Counted from the stretch's first letter, positions 46,412 to 55,921 are shown. The stretch is 64,000 bases of DNA from an uncultured Candidatus Saccharibacteria bacterium (GCA_964371445.1 CAYJLK010000003.1:1108-65107); one strand, 5' to 3'. Notes: generated by a model not told the origin, from the sequence alone. Program-made: numbers and translations.

Positions 46412-46445
46412 AAAAACACCGCGGAGTTTCCTCCGCGGGTTTTCA
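46412..46445. terminator. Bidirectional intrinsic terminator between convergent genes
   Basis: An A-tract, then CCGCGGAG-TTTC-CTCCGCGG, then GTTTTC. Confidence 0.65.
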
Positions 46446-46458
46446 AGTGGTGTGCTGA

Positions 46459-47229
46459 TCAGGCAACAGCGACCTTCGAGTACTTGTTGATGATGATGAT
46501 CTCTGATGGACCATTCTTTGGAATGAACTTGACCGCGAGCGACACACGGTTGTCAGCGTTCAGTGCATCCCAGTACGTCCCCGCAATGAAGTTGGCATCG
46601 CCGCCGAGTGGCATGAGGTACGGCTCGCCCTGGAATGCCGGTAACGGCTCGTCGTCGCCGGAGTAGGTGTGGAAGCAGTAGCCGAAGCCCTTCCCCAGAC
46701 CATTTATTTCGTACAGATGGCGGTCGCATGCGTCATCCCACAGCGACTTCCGTTGGATTGCCATTTCGACACGCGCCGTACCATTCACCCACGAGGAAAC
46801 GGCCGTGATGCGGGGCGTGAAGTTCGGCCTGTCTGGTTCATACTGGAAATGGCGCGTTGCCTTTCCGAGCGATTCGCCGTTGAAGTACGCAAGTTTGACG
46901 ATGTCGGTCTGGTGGCCGTTACTGACCACACTCACGGCAATGTCGTCGGGTGACAACGTCTCGTCCATCGCGTTATAGATGATGAGCGACGAGTCCTTGA
47001 CCTTCGACTGGTCGGCCGCCTCAGTAAACAGGCGACTGCCTTCGCTCCCGAAAATGCGATTCCGGCTGTTCTCGCTTCGGCCCATAATCCAATACACCTG
47101 GACCAAGGACTGTCCCGAATCATTCAGTCCGACGACGATGCCGCGGCCGGGATAGGGATTCTTCGTGAGTGCTTCGAGATTTGATGCGGCCGCGCGCAAT
47201 ATGCTGGCCAGGACGACGGATTCTTTCAT
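46459..47229 (-). CDS. purO: Archaeal-type IMP cyclohydrolase PurO-like protein
   Basis: YPGRGIVVGLNDSGQSLVQVYWIMGRSENSRNR, VVSNGHQTD and FTPRITAV align with M. jannaschii PurO blocks (YLGRILAVGRN...YRVSSRSFPNR, VVSNGSHTD, NTPRIAA). Confidence 0.55.
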   Translation of the reverse strand: MKESVVLASILRAAASNLEALTKNPYPGRGIVVGLNDSGQSLVQVYWIMGRSENSRNRIFGSEGSRLFTEAADQSKVKDSSLIIYNAMDETLSPDDIAVSVVSNGHQTDIVKLAYFNGESLGKATRHFQYEPDRPNFTPRITAVSSWVNGTARVEMAIQRKSLWDDACDRHLYEINGLGKGFGYCFHTYSGDDEPLPAFQGEPYLMPLGGDANFIAGTYWDALNADNRVSLAVKFIPKNGPSEIIIINKYSKVAVA

Positions 47230-47316
47230 GTTCAGATCCCCTCTATGAGAACTTCGATGGAAACAACAATGGATTGACTCCGTCGGGACTCTACGCTTCT
47301 TCCCGTTTCTGGTCAA

Positions 47317-47985
47317 CTATAGCCAGTCGATGGGGGGTTCGTTGTGGGAAATGAGGTAGTCATTTGCTTTAGAGAAGTGCTTACAGCCGAAGAAGCCTGA
47401 GGCGGCAGAGAATGGTGAGGGGTGTGGGGCTTCCAATACTAAATGTTTTGTGCGGTCTATGTGCGCGCCCTTCACCTTCGCATAGTTGCCCCAGAGCATG
47501 AAGACGAGATGCTCACCTTCCTCGGAGAGTACCTTGATAACCGCATCGGTAAATTGCTCCCACCCCCTCTCCTGGTGCGAGCCGGCAGTGTGCGCACGCA
47601 CCGTGAGTGTCGCGTTGAGGAGAAGTACACCCTGCTCTGCCCACCGTGTTAAATCGCCGTCGGTGTGCACAAGCGGTTTGCCAAAGTCGCTCGCTATCTC
47701 TTTAAACATGTTCTGGAGCGAGGGTGGAACACGTGTCTCTGCATCAACGGCGAATGCAAGACCGTTCGCCTGCCCTACCCCGTGATACGGATCCTGCCCC
47801 AGGATGACGACCTTTACCTTCTCAAACGGACACAGATCGAAGGCACGGAAGATGTTCTTGGGCGCCGGGTACACTGCGCCGTTTTTATATTCATCCTTCA
47901 CGAATGCCGAAAGCTCTGCAAAATACGGCTTTTCAAACTCGCCCGTAAGATGCTTCTTCCACGACGGATCAATTTTCACTTCCAT
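47317..47985 (-). CDS. ung: Uracil-DNA glycosylase (family 1)
   Basis: GQDPYHG water-activating motif and HPSPFS C-terminal motif. Confidence 0.9.
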   Translation of the reverse strand: MEVKIDPSWKKHLTGEFEKPYFAELSAFVKDEYKNGAVYPAPKNIFRAFDLCPFEKVKVVILGQDPYHGVGQANGLAFAVDAETRVPPSLQNMFKEIASDFGKPLVHTDGDLTRWAEQGVLLLNATLTVRAHTAGSHQERGWEQFTDAVIKVLSEEGEHLVFMLWGNYAKVKGAHIDRTKHLVLEAPHPSPFSAASGFFGCKHFSKANDYLISHNEPPIDWL

Positions 47986-48596
47986 ACCTTGGTGATAAGC
48001 GGCACGAATGCAAAACCTTCATGACGGGTAATTTTGATGCCGCCGCCCGCGCGGTCCACGACACAAATAGCTTCCTGTACCGGGATGACCATCCGACCGC
48101 CGTCTTTCAATTGCCGCACGAGCGCGTCCGGTATCTCGTCGGCGGCCGCCGAAACGAGAATGCGGTCAAAGGGCGCTGCGTCAGGCTTGCCGAGCTCGGA
48201 CCCCGCCTGTTCAATGCGGGCGTTCTCAAATGAGTACGTCCCGAGATTTTTGGAGCCGGACGCGACAAGCTCGGGAATGCGCTCAACGCCGATGACCGAG
48301 CCTTCGGGGCCAACCATATGTGCGAGGAGCGCGGTCGTCCAGCCCGAACCGCTCCCCACATCCAGCACACGGTCACCCGGGCGCGCCGCGAGCCATTCAA
48401 GGCAGTACGCGACCACGGTCGGCTGAGAAATAGTCTGCTCCGCGCCTATCGGCAGAGCCGTGTCCTCGTACGCCTCCGCCTGCAGCGGTTCCGGCACGAA
48501 CCGCGCGCGATCAATGGCGTGGAAAGCATCCTCGACCGTCGTCGTCGTAATTGCTCCGGAATCTTTTAGAGAGGCGATGAGCGTTGCGTTCGTCAT
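47976..48596 (-). CDS. pcm: Protein-L-isoaspartate O-methyltransferase
   Basis: SAM-binding VLDVGSGSGWTTALLA and PCMT pre/post motifs. Confidence 0.85.
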   Translation of the reverse strand: MTNATLIASLKDSGAITTTTVEDAFHAIDRARFVPEPLQAEAYEDTALPIGAEQTISQPTVVAYCLEWLAARPGDRVLDVGSGSGWTTALLAHMVGPEGSVIGVERIPELVASGSKNLGTYSFENARIEQAGSELGKPDAAPFDRILVSAAADEIPDALVRQLKDGGRMVIPVQEAICVVDRAGGGIKITRHEGFAFVPLITKVWK

Positions 48597-48865
48597 AGCG
48601 CGCCTTCTTTTTCGAGTAACCGCCTCTTCGCGCGCTCCCCGCCGCGATTGTAATCACCTACCCTTCCGTCGGCGCGCACGACTCGATGACACGGCACCGC
48701 CGGATCATAATTATTCTTCATGACGGTGCCGACCGCGCGCGCGGCGCCCGGATAGCCGATCGCCTGCGCGACCGCTCCGTAGCTCTTTGTTTCTCCTCTC
48801 GGTATCTGTCGCACGGCGTCTCGAACGCGGTCGGCAAATGAGCTATTTTTTCTTATTTTTCGCAT
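48593..48865 (-). CDS. ogt: Methylated-DNA-protein-cysteine methyltransferase (C-terminal domain only)
   Basis: Active-site PCHRVV and HTH; 90 aa from ATG 48865. Has a 4-nt overlap with pcm. Confidence 0.8.
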   Translation of the reverse strand: MRKIRKNSSFADRVRDAVRQIPRGETKSYGAVAQAIGYPGAARAVGTVMKNNYDPAVPCHRVVRADGRVGDYNRGGERAKRRLLEKEGAL

Positions 48866-49643
48866 GAAGCTCTTGGAGAATCTTGCCGGCGCTCTCACGA
48901 TACGTACAGTAATCGCACGGTCCGCCGCCGAAGGCCGTACCGATGGGCGGAATCTCGTCGCTCATCAACATCTTTTTCAGATCAAAGATTGCCGGCTCCA
49001 CCCACGTGTCGCTGCCGGTGTACGGGATGAGCTCTATGTCGAATTCGAGCCTGCCGTCAAAGGCTTCCGCATCTGACTTTCCGTTCACGTAGACGAAATA
49101 GACGGTCGGCGAGACGGCAAAACCGTTTTTACGGAACAGCCACTGGTAGATCTCGAGCTGCCGCTTGTAGGAGTCGTAGAGATCGTCTTCGGTGCTCGGC
49201 CCTATCTTCTTGCTCGTCGCCTTATAGTCGACGATGATAAGCTCGCCCAAGGGATTCACCCATACGTCGTCGACGCCGCCGCGTATAAGAAGATTCGTCG
49301 GTTCGTGAAGAAACGCGATGCCGCGCCGGAGCGCGTCGCGCCACTCCTCCATCCGCTCGTCGACGAGCGGTACCGCATCGAGACCGTACTTCTCCACCAG
49401 AGGATGCTTGCTCCCCTTCGCGCGATGAATATCGAACTCGCGCTTCAGAAGCTCGTCGACCGCGTTATTGAGCGTGAACGCGGGCATCGAGGGACGCTTC
49501 ACGCCGAGCCGCAGATCGAGATAGGCGCAGCGCGGACACTCGGAGAACAGATCGATCTTCGAGCGGCTTACCTTAAAGGGCTCCGGCGAGGCAGGATCGA
49601 ACGGTCCGCGAGTATACTTTCCTTTTGCATTGCTCGCCGCCAT
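48843..49643 (-). CDS. PD-(D/E)XK nuclease superfamily protein (Cas4/RecB-nuclease-domain-like) with C-terminal Cys cluster
   Basis: IIVDYKATSK (D..EVK/DYK core) plus CPRC...C...CDYC cysteines; start at ATG 49643. Confidence 0.6.
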   Translation of the reverse strand: MAASNAKGKYTRGPFDPASPEPFKVSRSKIDLFSECPRCAYLDLRLGVKRPSMPAFTLNNAVDELLKREFDIHRAKGSKHPLVEKYGLDAVPLVDERMEEWRDALRRGIAFLHEPTNLLIRGGVDDVWVNPLGELIIVDYKATSKKIGPSTEDDLYDSYKRQLEIYQWLFRKNGFAVSPTVYFVYVNGKSDAEAFDGRLEFDIELIPYTGSDTWVEPAIFDLKKMLMSDEIPPIGTAFGGGPCDYCTYRESAGKILQELHAKNKKK

Positions 49644-49644
49644 A

Positions 49645-50121
49645 TCAGTCGGTGGTCGAGAAGTATGCGACGACGCGCGCACCGGTATCAAAGTCGACAT
49701 ACACGCTATTGACCGCAGGGTCGAAGATTCCGCCGCCGTCATCGCGGTACAGCTGTACCGCATAGGAACGGCCCGCTTCGGTCGCGCGCAAAAGCGAGAC
49801 GGGGAAATTGCTCCTTGGTCCTCCGACGCGCGCGGCGCCGAGCACATTCCCAAGATCGCCACCATTCACTTCGCGCACGGCGATCCAGATACCCGGCGGC
49901 GGCACGGTCACCGATTCGACGATAACCGTGTCGCCGGAAAGCTGGTCGGCAACGGAAATGGCTCCGCTTTTTTGCCTCAGGCTTTCGGTGTTCGTCGCGA
50001 GATTCGATGGAGACCGCAGCGAGACAAATAGGGAATCATTGCCGAGGAACCACGCACCCGCGAGCAACACGCCGAACATAACGCCGGTGATGAAAGAATT
50101 CATGGAAAAGTTTTTTGTCAT
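49645..50121 (-). CDS. Hypothetical exported protein
   Basis: Signal/anchor helix; no motif. Confidence 0.4.
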   Translation of the reverse strand: MTKNFSMNSFITGVMFGVLLAGAWFLGNDSLFVSLRSPSNLATNTESLRQKSGAISVADQLSGDTVIVESVTVPPPGIWIAVREVNGGDLGNVLGAARVGGPRSNFPVSLLRATEAGRSYAVQLYRDDGGGIFDPAVNSVYVDFDTGARVVAYFSTTD

Positions 50122-50987
50122 AAAGGGGCGCGGTGATGCGGCATTTCCGGAAGATCGAGCAGGCCTTCAGCTTCTGCGAGAAGCTCGCCGACGCGCGAGC
50201 TCGAGAGGTGCAGCGCGTCGAGCTGGCGGCGGTCTTTCACAATCTCGTCGACGGCGATGATACCACGCTCGATAAGGAGCCGCTTCTCGGCGCGCGCGAG
50301 CCCAGTCAAGGCGGTTACCGGATACACCGCCGTGCGGCTCATGCGCATAAAAAGACTGTCATGCACCGGATAGCTCCATCCGAGAAGTTCGACACCGGCG
50401 CACTCAGCATAGGCAATCGCCTCTGAAGTAAATTTGGTATTGGTAACCAAGAGGCCGCGATTAATCGGGCACATGCGTACCGACGGATCGCATGCGAAGA
50501 TATCGTCGAAACGGCTCTTCACATAGAGTGCCACCTTCAGATCGGTCTTATATCCCGGATCATTATGATATTTCAGCTCTGCGGCGAGAAAATCTCCTTG
50601 TCCCGCATGCGACGCATAGAAGTCGACCTCGTGCGAGACGCACTTCCCTCGTATCATCTTGCGTGTCTCGACTTGCCATCCTTCTGTACGGAAAAGGTGC
50701 GAGATAAAATCTTCAAACGGGTGTCCGGTAGGGCCGAGTTCAAGCAGAGCGCGGCGCAATGCATAGCGCGCGGCGACAGGACGCGCCTCTTTCCGCAGGA
50801 GACCGAACGCGCGCGCGTAAATCTCTTTCGAGGAGATGCCCGGTATAATCGTATTCGTAATAGATTCGGCTATGCGTTGCGCCGTGTGCGGGCCCGCGCC
50901 CGCCCTCTCGAGAGAGAAGATCAGCCGCACTGGATCGAATATCTCGTTTGAACCGTCGGCTTTGGTGATGATTGGTAGCGTCGTCAT
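50118..50987 (-). CDS. ATP-cone domain fused to restriction-endonuclease-like (Mrr-cat type) domain
   Basis: N-terminal ATP-cone (LPIITKADGSNEIFDPVRLIFSLERAG...). Central FEDFISHLFRTEGWQVETRKM...GKCVSHEVDFYA...AAELKYHN matches the Mrr/type IV REase catalytic core (D-x-EVK-like). Confidence 0.55.
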   Translation of the reverse strand: MTTLPIITKADGSNEIFDPVRLIFSLERAGAGPHTAQRIAESITNTIIPGISSKEIYARAFGLLRKEARPVAARYALRRALLELGPTGHPFEDFISHLFRTEGWQVETRKMIRGKCVSHEVDFYASHAGQGDFLAAELKYHNDPGYKTDLKVALYVKSRFDDIFACDPSVRMCPINRGLLVTNTKFTSEAIAYAECAGVELLGWSYPVHDSLFMRMSRTAVYPVTALTGLARAEKRLLIERGIIAVDEIVKDRRQLDALHLSSSRVGELLAEAEGLLDLPEMPHHRAPL

Positions 50988-51394
50988 AACACGCTTGAAG
51001 TCGCCGTCGAACCGTTGACCATCACTGTAAACGGGAGACGCGCAGGTGCGGTGATTGTCGTCTCAAACGCCGCACGCGTCGGCAACTGAAGGCACACGCC
51101 TGTGTCAGTCGGTAAAGTAATATTTACCAGGATGCTTTGCGTTGTTGACGCGTCGCCCTGGAGCATGGCTTCCGCCGAGGCAAAGGTGCAGGCATTCGGC
51201 GCTTCAACCGAGCCGGTAATGGTGTGGACGCCTTTTTTGAACACATCGCGCAGCGTGACGGTCGGTATGTTCGCTGCCGCGCCTTCCGGCGCCGCCTCTC
51301 TTACATCGCGCGTATGCGGTACCGACAGGACAAATCCGATGAGAATGACAATTGCGATAATAGTCGCAGAAATCCAAAGGCGCTTGTGGTTCAT
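50984..51394 (-). CDS. Hypothetical exported protein
   Basis: N-terminal TM/signal, Thr/Ala-rich. Confidence 0.4.
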   Translation of the reverse strand: MNHKRLWISATIIAIVILIGFVLSVPHTRDVREAAPEGAAANIPTVTLRDVFKKGVHTITGSVEAPNACTFASAEAMLQGDASTTQSILVNITLPTDTGVCLQLPTRAAFETTITAPARLPFTVMVNGSTATSSVL

Positions 51395-51450
51395 GCGGTA
51401 ATACTACCACCCCATTGGACAAAAAATCAGTCCAACGGGGCATGCCACCT

Positions 51451-52368
51451 CTACAAAATAATGCCTCCCCCAATTAGCTCTCCATCGCGATAGAAGACGA
51501 CTGACTGTCCGGGAGCGGGGATCTCGGGAAGCGGCTCGGTGCTTAGAAAGCAATCATGCTCGATACGTCCAGCGATGCACCGACCGCGATAACGGTACTG
51601 TGCCTCGGTAGCCGAGGAGGGTGCGGCAAGCCAGTTTGCATCGGTAAACCGGATCTCGTGCGAGCCCCCGACGCGTGCCTTTGAAACAGTGATTTCTTTC
51701 TTTTCCACGTCCTTCCCGATGACATATCCGCCGCGAGCTCGCTCGCCGATAGTGTACAGAAGAGCCGGATTATCGGTTCCGAACTCATGTGCTAGAAACT
51801 CTTTCACGGAAACTGCTCCGAGAAAGCAGATGCCTTGGCTGTCTTTCTTCTCCGCCACTGGCAGGCCGAAGTGCTTCGCAAGCGCGCGCACATCGTCCTT
51901 ATTCATCTTCCCTATCGGGAACAGCGCTGCCTCCAGAATGTCTTTCGGCACCGCCCACAGGAAGTAACTTTGATCTTTCTCGCCGGCGCGATAATGTCCG
52001 GTCGCGATAGCGTCGGCTCCGTGGGCCTTCGCGAAACGATGAAACGCGCCGAATTTCACTTCCCGATTGCACATGACGTCCGGATTCGGCGTCCGCCCCG
52101 CGCGATATTCGGCAAGCAGGTAGTCGATAACGCTTTTTTTGTATTCGACGCTCGCGTCGAGTGTGAGAAACGGGATGTGGAGGCGAGCCGCCACCCGCAT
52201 CGCGTCGCGGCGCTCATTCGCCCAGGTGCAGGGCATCCCTGGCGGATACCAGCCTTTGATGAATACGCCGGTCACCTGCGCCCCCGCTTCCTTCAGCAAT
52301 GCCGCCGACACGGCGCTGTCCACGCCGCCAGAAAGCCCGACGAATATTTTCTTCCCTTTCACGTCCAT
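51451..52368 (-). CDS. mnmA: tRNA-specific 2-thiouridylase MnmA
   Basis: PP-loop SGGVDS at the N-terminus, catalytic Cys region. Confidence 0.9.
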   Translation of the reverse strand: MDVKGKKIFVGLSGGVDSAVSAALLKEAGAQVTGVFIKGWYPPGMPCTWANERRDAMRVAARLHIPFLTLDASVEYKKSVIDYLLAEYRAGRTPNPDVMCNREVKFGAFHRFAKAHGADAIATGHYRAGEKDQSYFLWAVPKDILEAALFPIGKMNKDDVRALAKHFGLPVAEKKDSQGICFLGAVSVKEFLAHEFGTDNPALLYTIGERARGGYVIGKDVEKKEITVSKARVGGSHEIRFTDANWLAAPSSATEAQYRYRGRCIAGRIEHDCFLSTEPLPEIPAPGQSVVFYRDGELIGGGIIL

Positions 52369-52422
52369 GGGTGCAGTCTACTGGAATCGGCCATTCATTC
52401 CCAGTCGCTGTAAGGCGAGGCT

Positions 52423-53379
52423 TTACTTCAAATACTTCCGTTGGTTTGCCTGGTGGCCGGCGTAGGTGGCGGCGTAATGCATCACGCCGTCCTTGTCGGT
52501 GAGGTAATACAAGTAATCCGTTTCTGCAGGATGGAGCGCCGCATCGAAAGAATCGAGCCCGGGATTGCCGATCGCGCCGGGAGGCAAGCCGGTGTGCGTG
52601 TAAGTGTTATACGGCGAGTTCACTTTTAAATCGGCGTATGACGGCGAATAGGTATCGCGTTCAAAAATATACCCGAACACCGCATCAACCTGGAGCGGCA
52701 TGCCGCGCGCGAGACGATTCCACAAGATACCGCTTACCATGCGTCTGACTGCAGCAGTGCGCGCCTCTTTCTCAAGGAGCGAGGCCATGATGACGATGTC
52801 GGAGAGCGAATGTTCCGAAGCGCGTATCTCGTCTAGAAGCGAGGTGGTTTTCGCATCAAAATTTGTACGCATCGCCGCGACAACAGATGCCGCATCTGAA
52901 GCCGGAGAGAAGAGGTAGGTGTCCGGGAACAGATAACCTTCGCGCGGCTTCGCTTCCGTAATGAAATCTCCCGCTGTGATTTCCGGAAATGCGATCTCTA
53001 TGTGTGTCGCCATCTCGCGCACGGTCGTCCCCTCGGGAAACGTGAGCCGTACCGGCGGGAAGCCGTAATCGCCCGCCACGAGACGAAAAGCGACCGCAAA
53101 CACGTTTTGGGGTGCGGTAAAGCGATAGGCGCCCGCGTGTATACTGCCGCTCGTGCCCGAAAGGCGCAGGATAGAGCGCAGAACAAACGGATTCGCGACG
53201 ATGTGCGCATCGGCGAGCAGCTCGGCTGCAGCCGGCGCCGATGATCCTTTTGAGATACTCACGATACTCTCCGCGGGAAAATCCGCAGGCGCAGAAAACA
53301 AAAGGCGGTATCCGACGACGATACTCACTGCAAGCGCGAATGCCACCACCCACCCGGCCTGCCGTTTGAGAAAATCCAT
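52423..53379 (-). CDS. mltG: Endolytic murein transglycosylase MltG (YceG family)
   Basis: N-terminal TM; EGYLFPDTY and NTYTHTGLPPGAIGNPG motifs. Confidence 0.85.
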   Translation of the reverse strand: MDFLKRQAGWVVAFALAVSIVVGYRLLFSAPADFPAESIVSISKGSSAPAAAELLADAHIVANPFVLRSILRLSGTSGSIHAGAYRFTAPQNVFAVAFRLVAGDYGFPPVRLTFPEGTTVREMATHIEIAFPEITAGDFITEAKPREGYLFPDTYLFSPASDAASVVAAMRTNFDAKTTSLLDEIRASEHSLSDIVIMASLLEKEARTAAVRRMVSGILWNRLARGMPLQVDAVFGYIFERDTYSPSYADLKVNSPYNTYTHTGLPPGAIGNPGLDSFDAALHPAETDYLYYLTDKDGVMHYAATYAGHQANQRKYLK

Positions 53380-53384
53380 ATACC

Positions 53385-54797
53385 CTAGGTCGGGAGGTTA
53401 GAAGGAGCTTCGCCGGTAGCCGAGTGGATGCGCTCGAGACCCGGCGCCTGGACTCCTTGCGAAGGAATATGGAAGACCGTCGCGAGTTCCTCGGTACTCA
53501 TCACCATCGCGTCATGTCCGTGCTTACCGCCTTCGAAGAACGGGTCATAGAAGAACTGCCGGCGGCGATACGCTTCGACCATATCGCGGCGGAAATGATT
53601 CTTCCTCTTCTCGACGTTTATTTCCCAAGGATAATCGTCAAACGTTTTCATCCACGCCGTTGAGTTGATGCCGTTCCATCCTTCCGTGCTGAACGGCTTG
53701 AAGAGTCCGATCAAGTGGCTGATCATCGGACCGTTGAAATGCTCAGGCCTCGCGAGATAGATGCCGCGCGCGCCGACATCAAACGCGAGCTTCGAAGTAT
53801 TGCGCTCCATAGCGGCCATCTTCTCCATCTGACCCTTGGTCGGATTCGGGAATCCTGGCCGCTCTTCGCCGGTGAATATGTCAATATAGGAATCGCGCGT
53901 CGCCCTACGGATCTCCTCCACCATCTCCTTCGCTTCGTCCTGCCAGGTATAGGGCTTGCCTTCCTTGTTCAGCCGACTGCTCTTGTTGCCTGCGGGCGTG
54001 GTCCCGTATTTCTCGCCTTTGTGGACACGGATAACGAACTGAAGCCAGAGATACTCGCCTTTCCCGATGGAACCCATAAATTCAATGAGGTTTGCGAGCG
54101 GATCGACCTGTTCAGGCTCCTTCTGTACTTTATCGAGCCCGTATTCGATATACGTCTTTATCGGGAGCGGATCCTTGGCGGTATGCACGAAATCGCAGCC
54201 CCAGATGCCCCACTCTTCGGGCGTCGCGGAGATGAGACGCGTGTAATCGAGCGCCTCGACTATCTGCACGCCCGGGTACTGCGCATACATCTGGGATTCG
54301 ATGAGCCGACGGAGGGCCGCTCGCGTCCATATGAAAAAATGTATCTGACCTTCCATCGAAACTAATTCGAGCGACCAGAACGGACGGATGCCTCCCTTGA
54401 AACGCGCATACCAGGTCGCTTCGCCGCCCGAGAGATGAATGCTCGAGAGGAATGCCTCCATCGCGAGCGGCGTCTTCACCAGATTGCGCGGCGGCTTTAT
54501 CTCCAAGAGGACATATTTCTGAGAGGCGATAAACTCGGAACGCTGGAGGATAATCCACACTCTCCACGCGCCGTCGATAAGAAGGATCGGCAGCCATATC
54601 GGCGCGAGGAAGAGCGCGATAGAGAGCGCGAGCGAGACCGCATCCGGCATGAGCATGAACGATACGGCGAGCAGGGCGAGACCAATGATGAAAATCGGCC
54701 ACTGTTCGAAGCGGATGCCGAGATTGTTGGTAATCTTCTTGCTGTATGCCTCAAGATCGTGAAGAAACGGTACCATAGGGTGCACAAAGTATAGCAA
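53385..54797 (-). CDS. Hypothetical large membrane protein (470 aa)
   Basis: Four N-terminal TM helices plus a large soluble domain; no family recognised. Confidence 0.5.
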   Translation of the reverse strand: MLYFVHPMVPFLHDLEAYSKKITNNLGIRFEQWPIFIIGLALLAVSFMLMPDAVSLALSIALFLAPIWLPILLIDGAWRVWIILQRSEFIASQKYVLLEIKPPRNLVKTPLAMEAFLSSIHLSGGEATWYARFKGGIRPFWSLELVSMEGQIHFFIWTRAALRRLIESQMYAQYPGVQIVEALDYTRLISATPEEWGIWGCDFVHTAKDPLPIKTYIEYGLDKVQKEPEQVDPLANLIEFMGSIGKGEYLWLQFVIRVHKGEKYGTTPAGNKSSRLNKEGKPYTWQDEAKEMVEEIRRATRDSYIDIFTGEERPGFPNPTKGQMEKMAAMERNTSKLAFDVGARGIYLARPEHFNGPMISHLIGLFKPFSTEGWNGINSTAWMKTFDDYPWEINVEKRKNHFRRDMVEAYRRRQFFYDPFFEGGKHGHDAMVMSTEELATVFHIPSQGVQAPGLERIHSATGEAPSNLPT

Positions 54798-54841
54798 TAA
54801 AAAGAGGCGGCGCCGTAGAGCGCCGCCTCTTTTTGTGTGTA

Positions 54842-55921
54842 TTAGACAGCTGCGTAGCGGCCGTCCTTGAGGCGCTTGAAGTAGCGGGGGTCGTTTAGAT
54901 TTACCAAAATAGTGTTGTCCTTCACGAAGCGCGCCTTCTTCACGTGCTTGATGATCTCGTCCTTCTTCAGGGGACCCGTCTGTTCAAGCGTCTCACGAAT
55001 AACGTCGCGTACGACACCCGGCTTGTATCCCCACTCGGTAAGTGCATAGAGTCCGCGGCCGACCAGGACGAAGCGCGGGTCTTTGATGAGCTCGTTGTGC
55101 GTCGTCGCGATGTGCGCCTTCTTCGAGAAAAGCGTGCCGATGGTCTTCGCGACGGTCGAGAAGTGCATCGGTTCGCCATGGCGCTTGATAGCAAGATACG
55201 CATAGTCGCGGATGCCCTTGATGCGGATAGCAGGAGCGCTCATGCGACCCCACTCGGCGAGCGGATTGCTCCCGATATGTTTTGAAAGGGAGAGCCATCG
55301 CTTCAAGACCTCCTCGTTCTTATAGGCATCATTGACACTCTTCAGCTCGTCGAGGAACCGGTCGAGTAGTTCAGCTTCGGTAAGCACTTCATCATCGGAA
55401 AGCGACGTGTAGAGTTTGGAAAGCGCGTCATGGATGTTCTTCGCCGTCGCGCTGTCGATATGCCAGCGTGCGAGGAAATCGTTCGTCTCGCGCTCGCGGA
55501 AGAACGCCGAATCGAGTACGAGAAAGAAGCGGAATCGGTTGCGGCTCTTTTCATCTTTGCCGAGTGCGGCAAGAAGCGTCTCTTCGGGTACGATTGCGCC
55601 GAGAGAATCGATGTAGCGCGCAATCTCTTCAAACGCGGCACCTGATTCTTTGAAAACCTTGCTGGCGCGGATGGCGTCAAGCCCGGCGGCCTCGATCTGT
55701 CGGACGCGCTCGCGGGTGATGCTTGAACGATCGCCGATCGCTTCGAGCGTCTCTCGTGCGGGATTCGCACCCAACCCGAAACGCCGGATAAGAACCTCGC
55801 GAGCGCGCTCTGGCGCCGCGGAGAGGAGCCGTTTTACGAGCAGTGCACTGTCAAAAGAAAAGGATGCGCTCGGAGCGCTTTTCGCCTTGGAATGCTTTGC
55901 CGTCTGGCTCGCCTTGGTCAT
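54842..55921 (-). CDS. DNA-binding protein with sigma-70 region-4-like HTH and C-terminal HARE-HTH domain
   Basis: LIRRFGLGANPARETLEAIGDRSSITRERVRQIEAAGLDAIR (sigma r4 pattern) and PMHFSTVAKTIG...DPRFVLVGRGLYALTEWGY (HARE-HTH pattern). Confidence 0.55.
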   Translation of the reverse strand: MTKASQTAKHSKAKSAPSASFSFDSALLVKRLLSAAPERAREVLIRRFGLGANPARETLEAIGDRSSITRERVRQIEAAGLDAIRASKVFKESGAAFEEIARYIDSLGAIVPEETLLAALGKDEKSRNRFRFFLVLDSAFFRERETNDFLARWHIDSATAKNIHDALSKLYTSLSDDEVLTEAELLDRFLDELKSVNDAYKNEEVLKRWLSLSKHIGSNPLAEWGRMSAPAIRIKGIRDYAYLAIKRHGEPMHFSTVAKTIGTLFSKKAHIATTHNELIKDPRFVLVGRGLYALTEWGYKPGVVRDVIRETLEQTGPLKKDEIIKHVKKARFVKDNTILVNLNDPRYFKRLKDGRYAAV

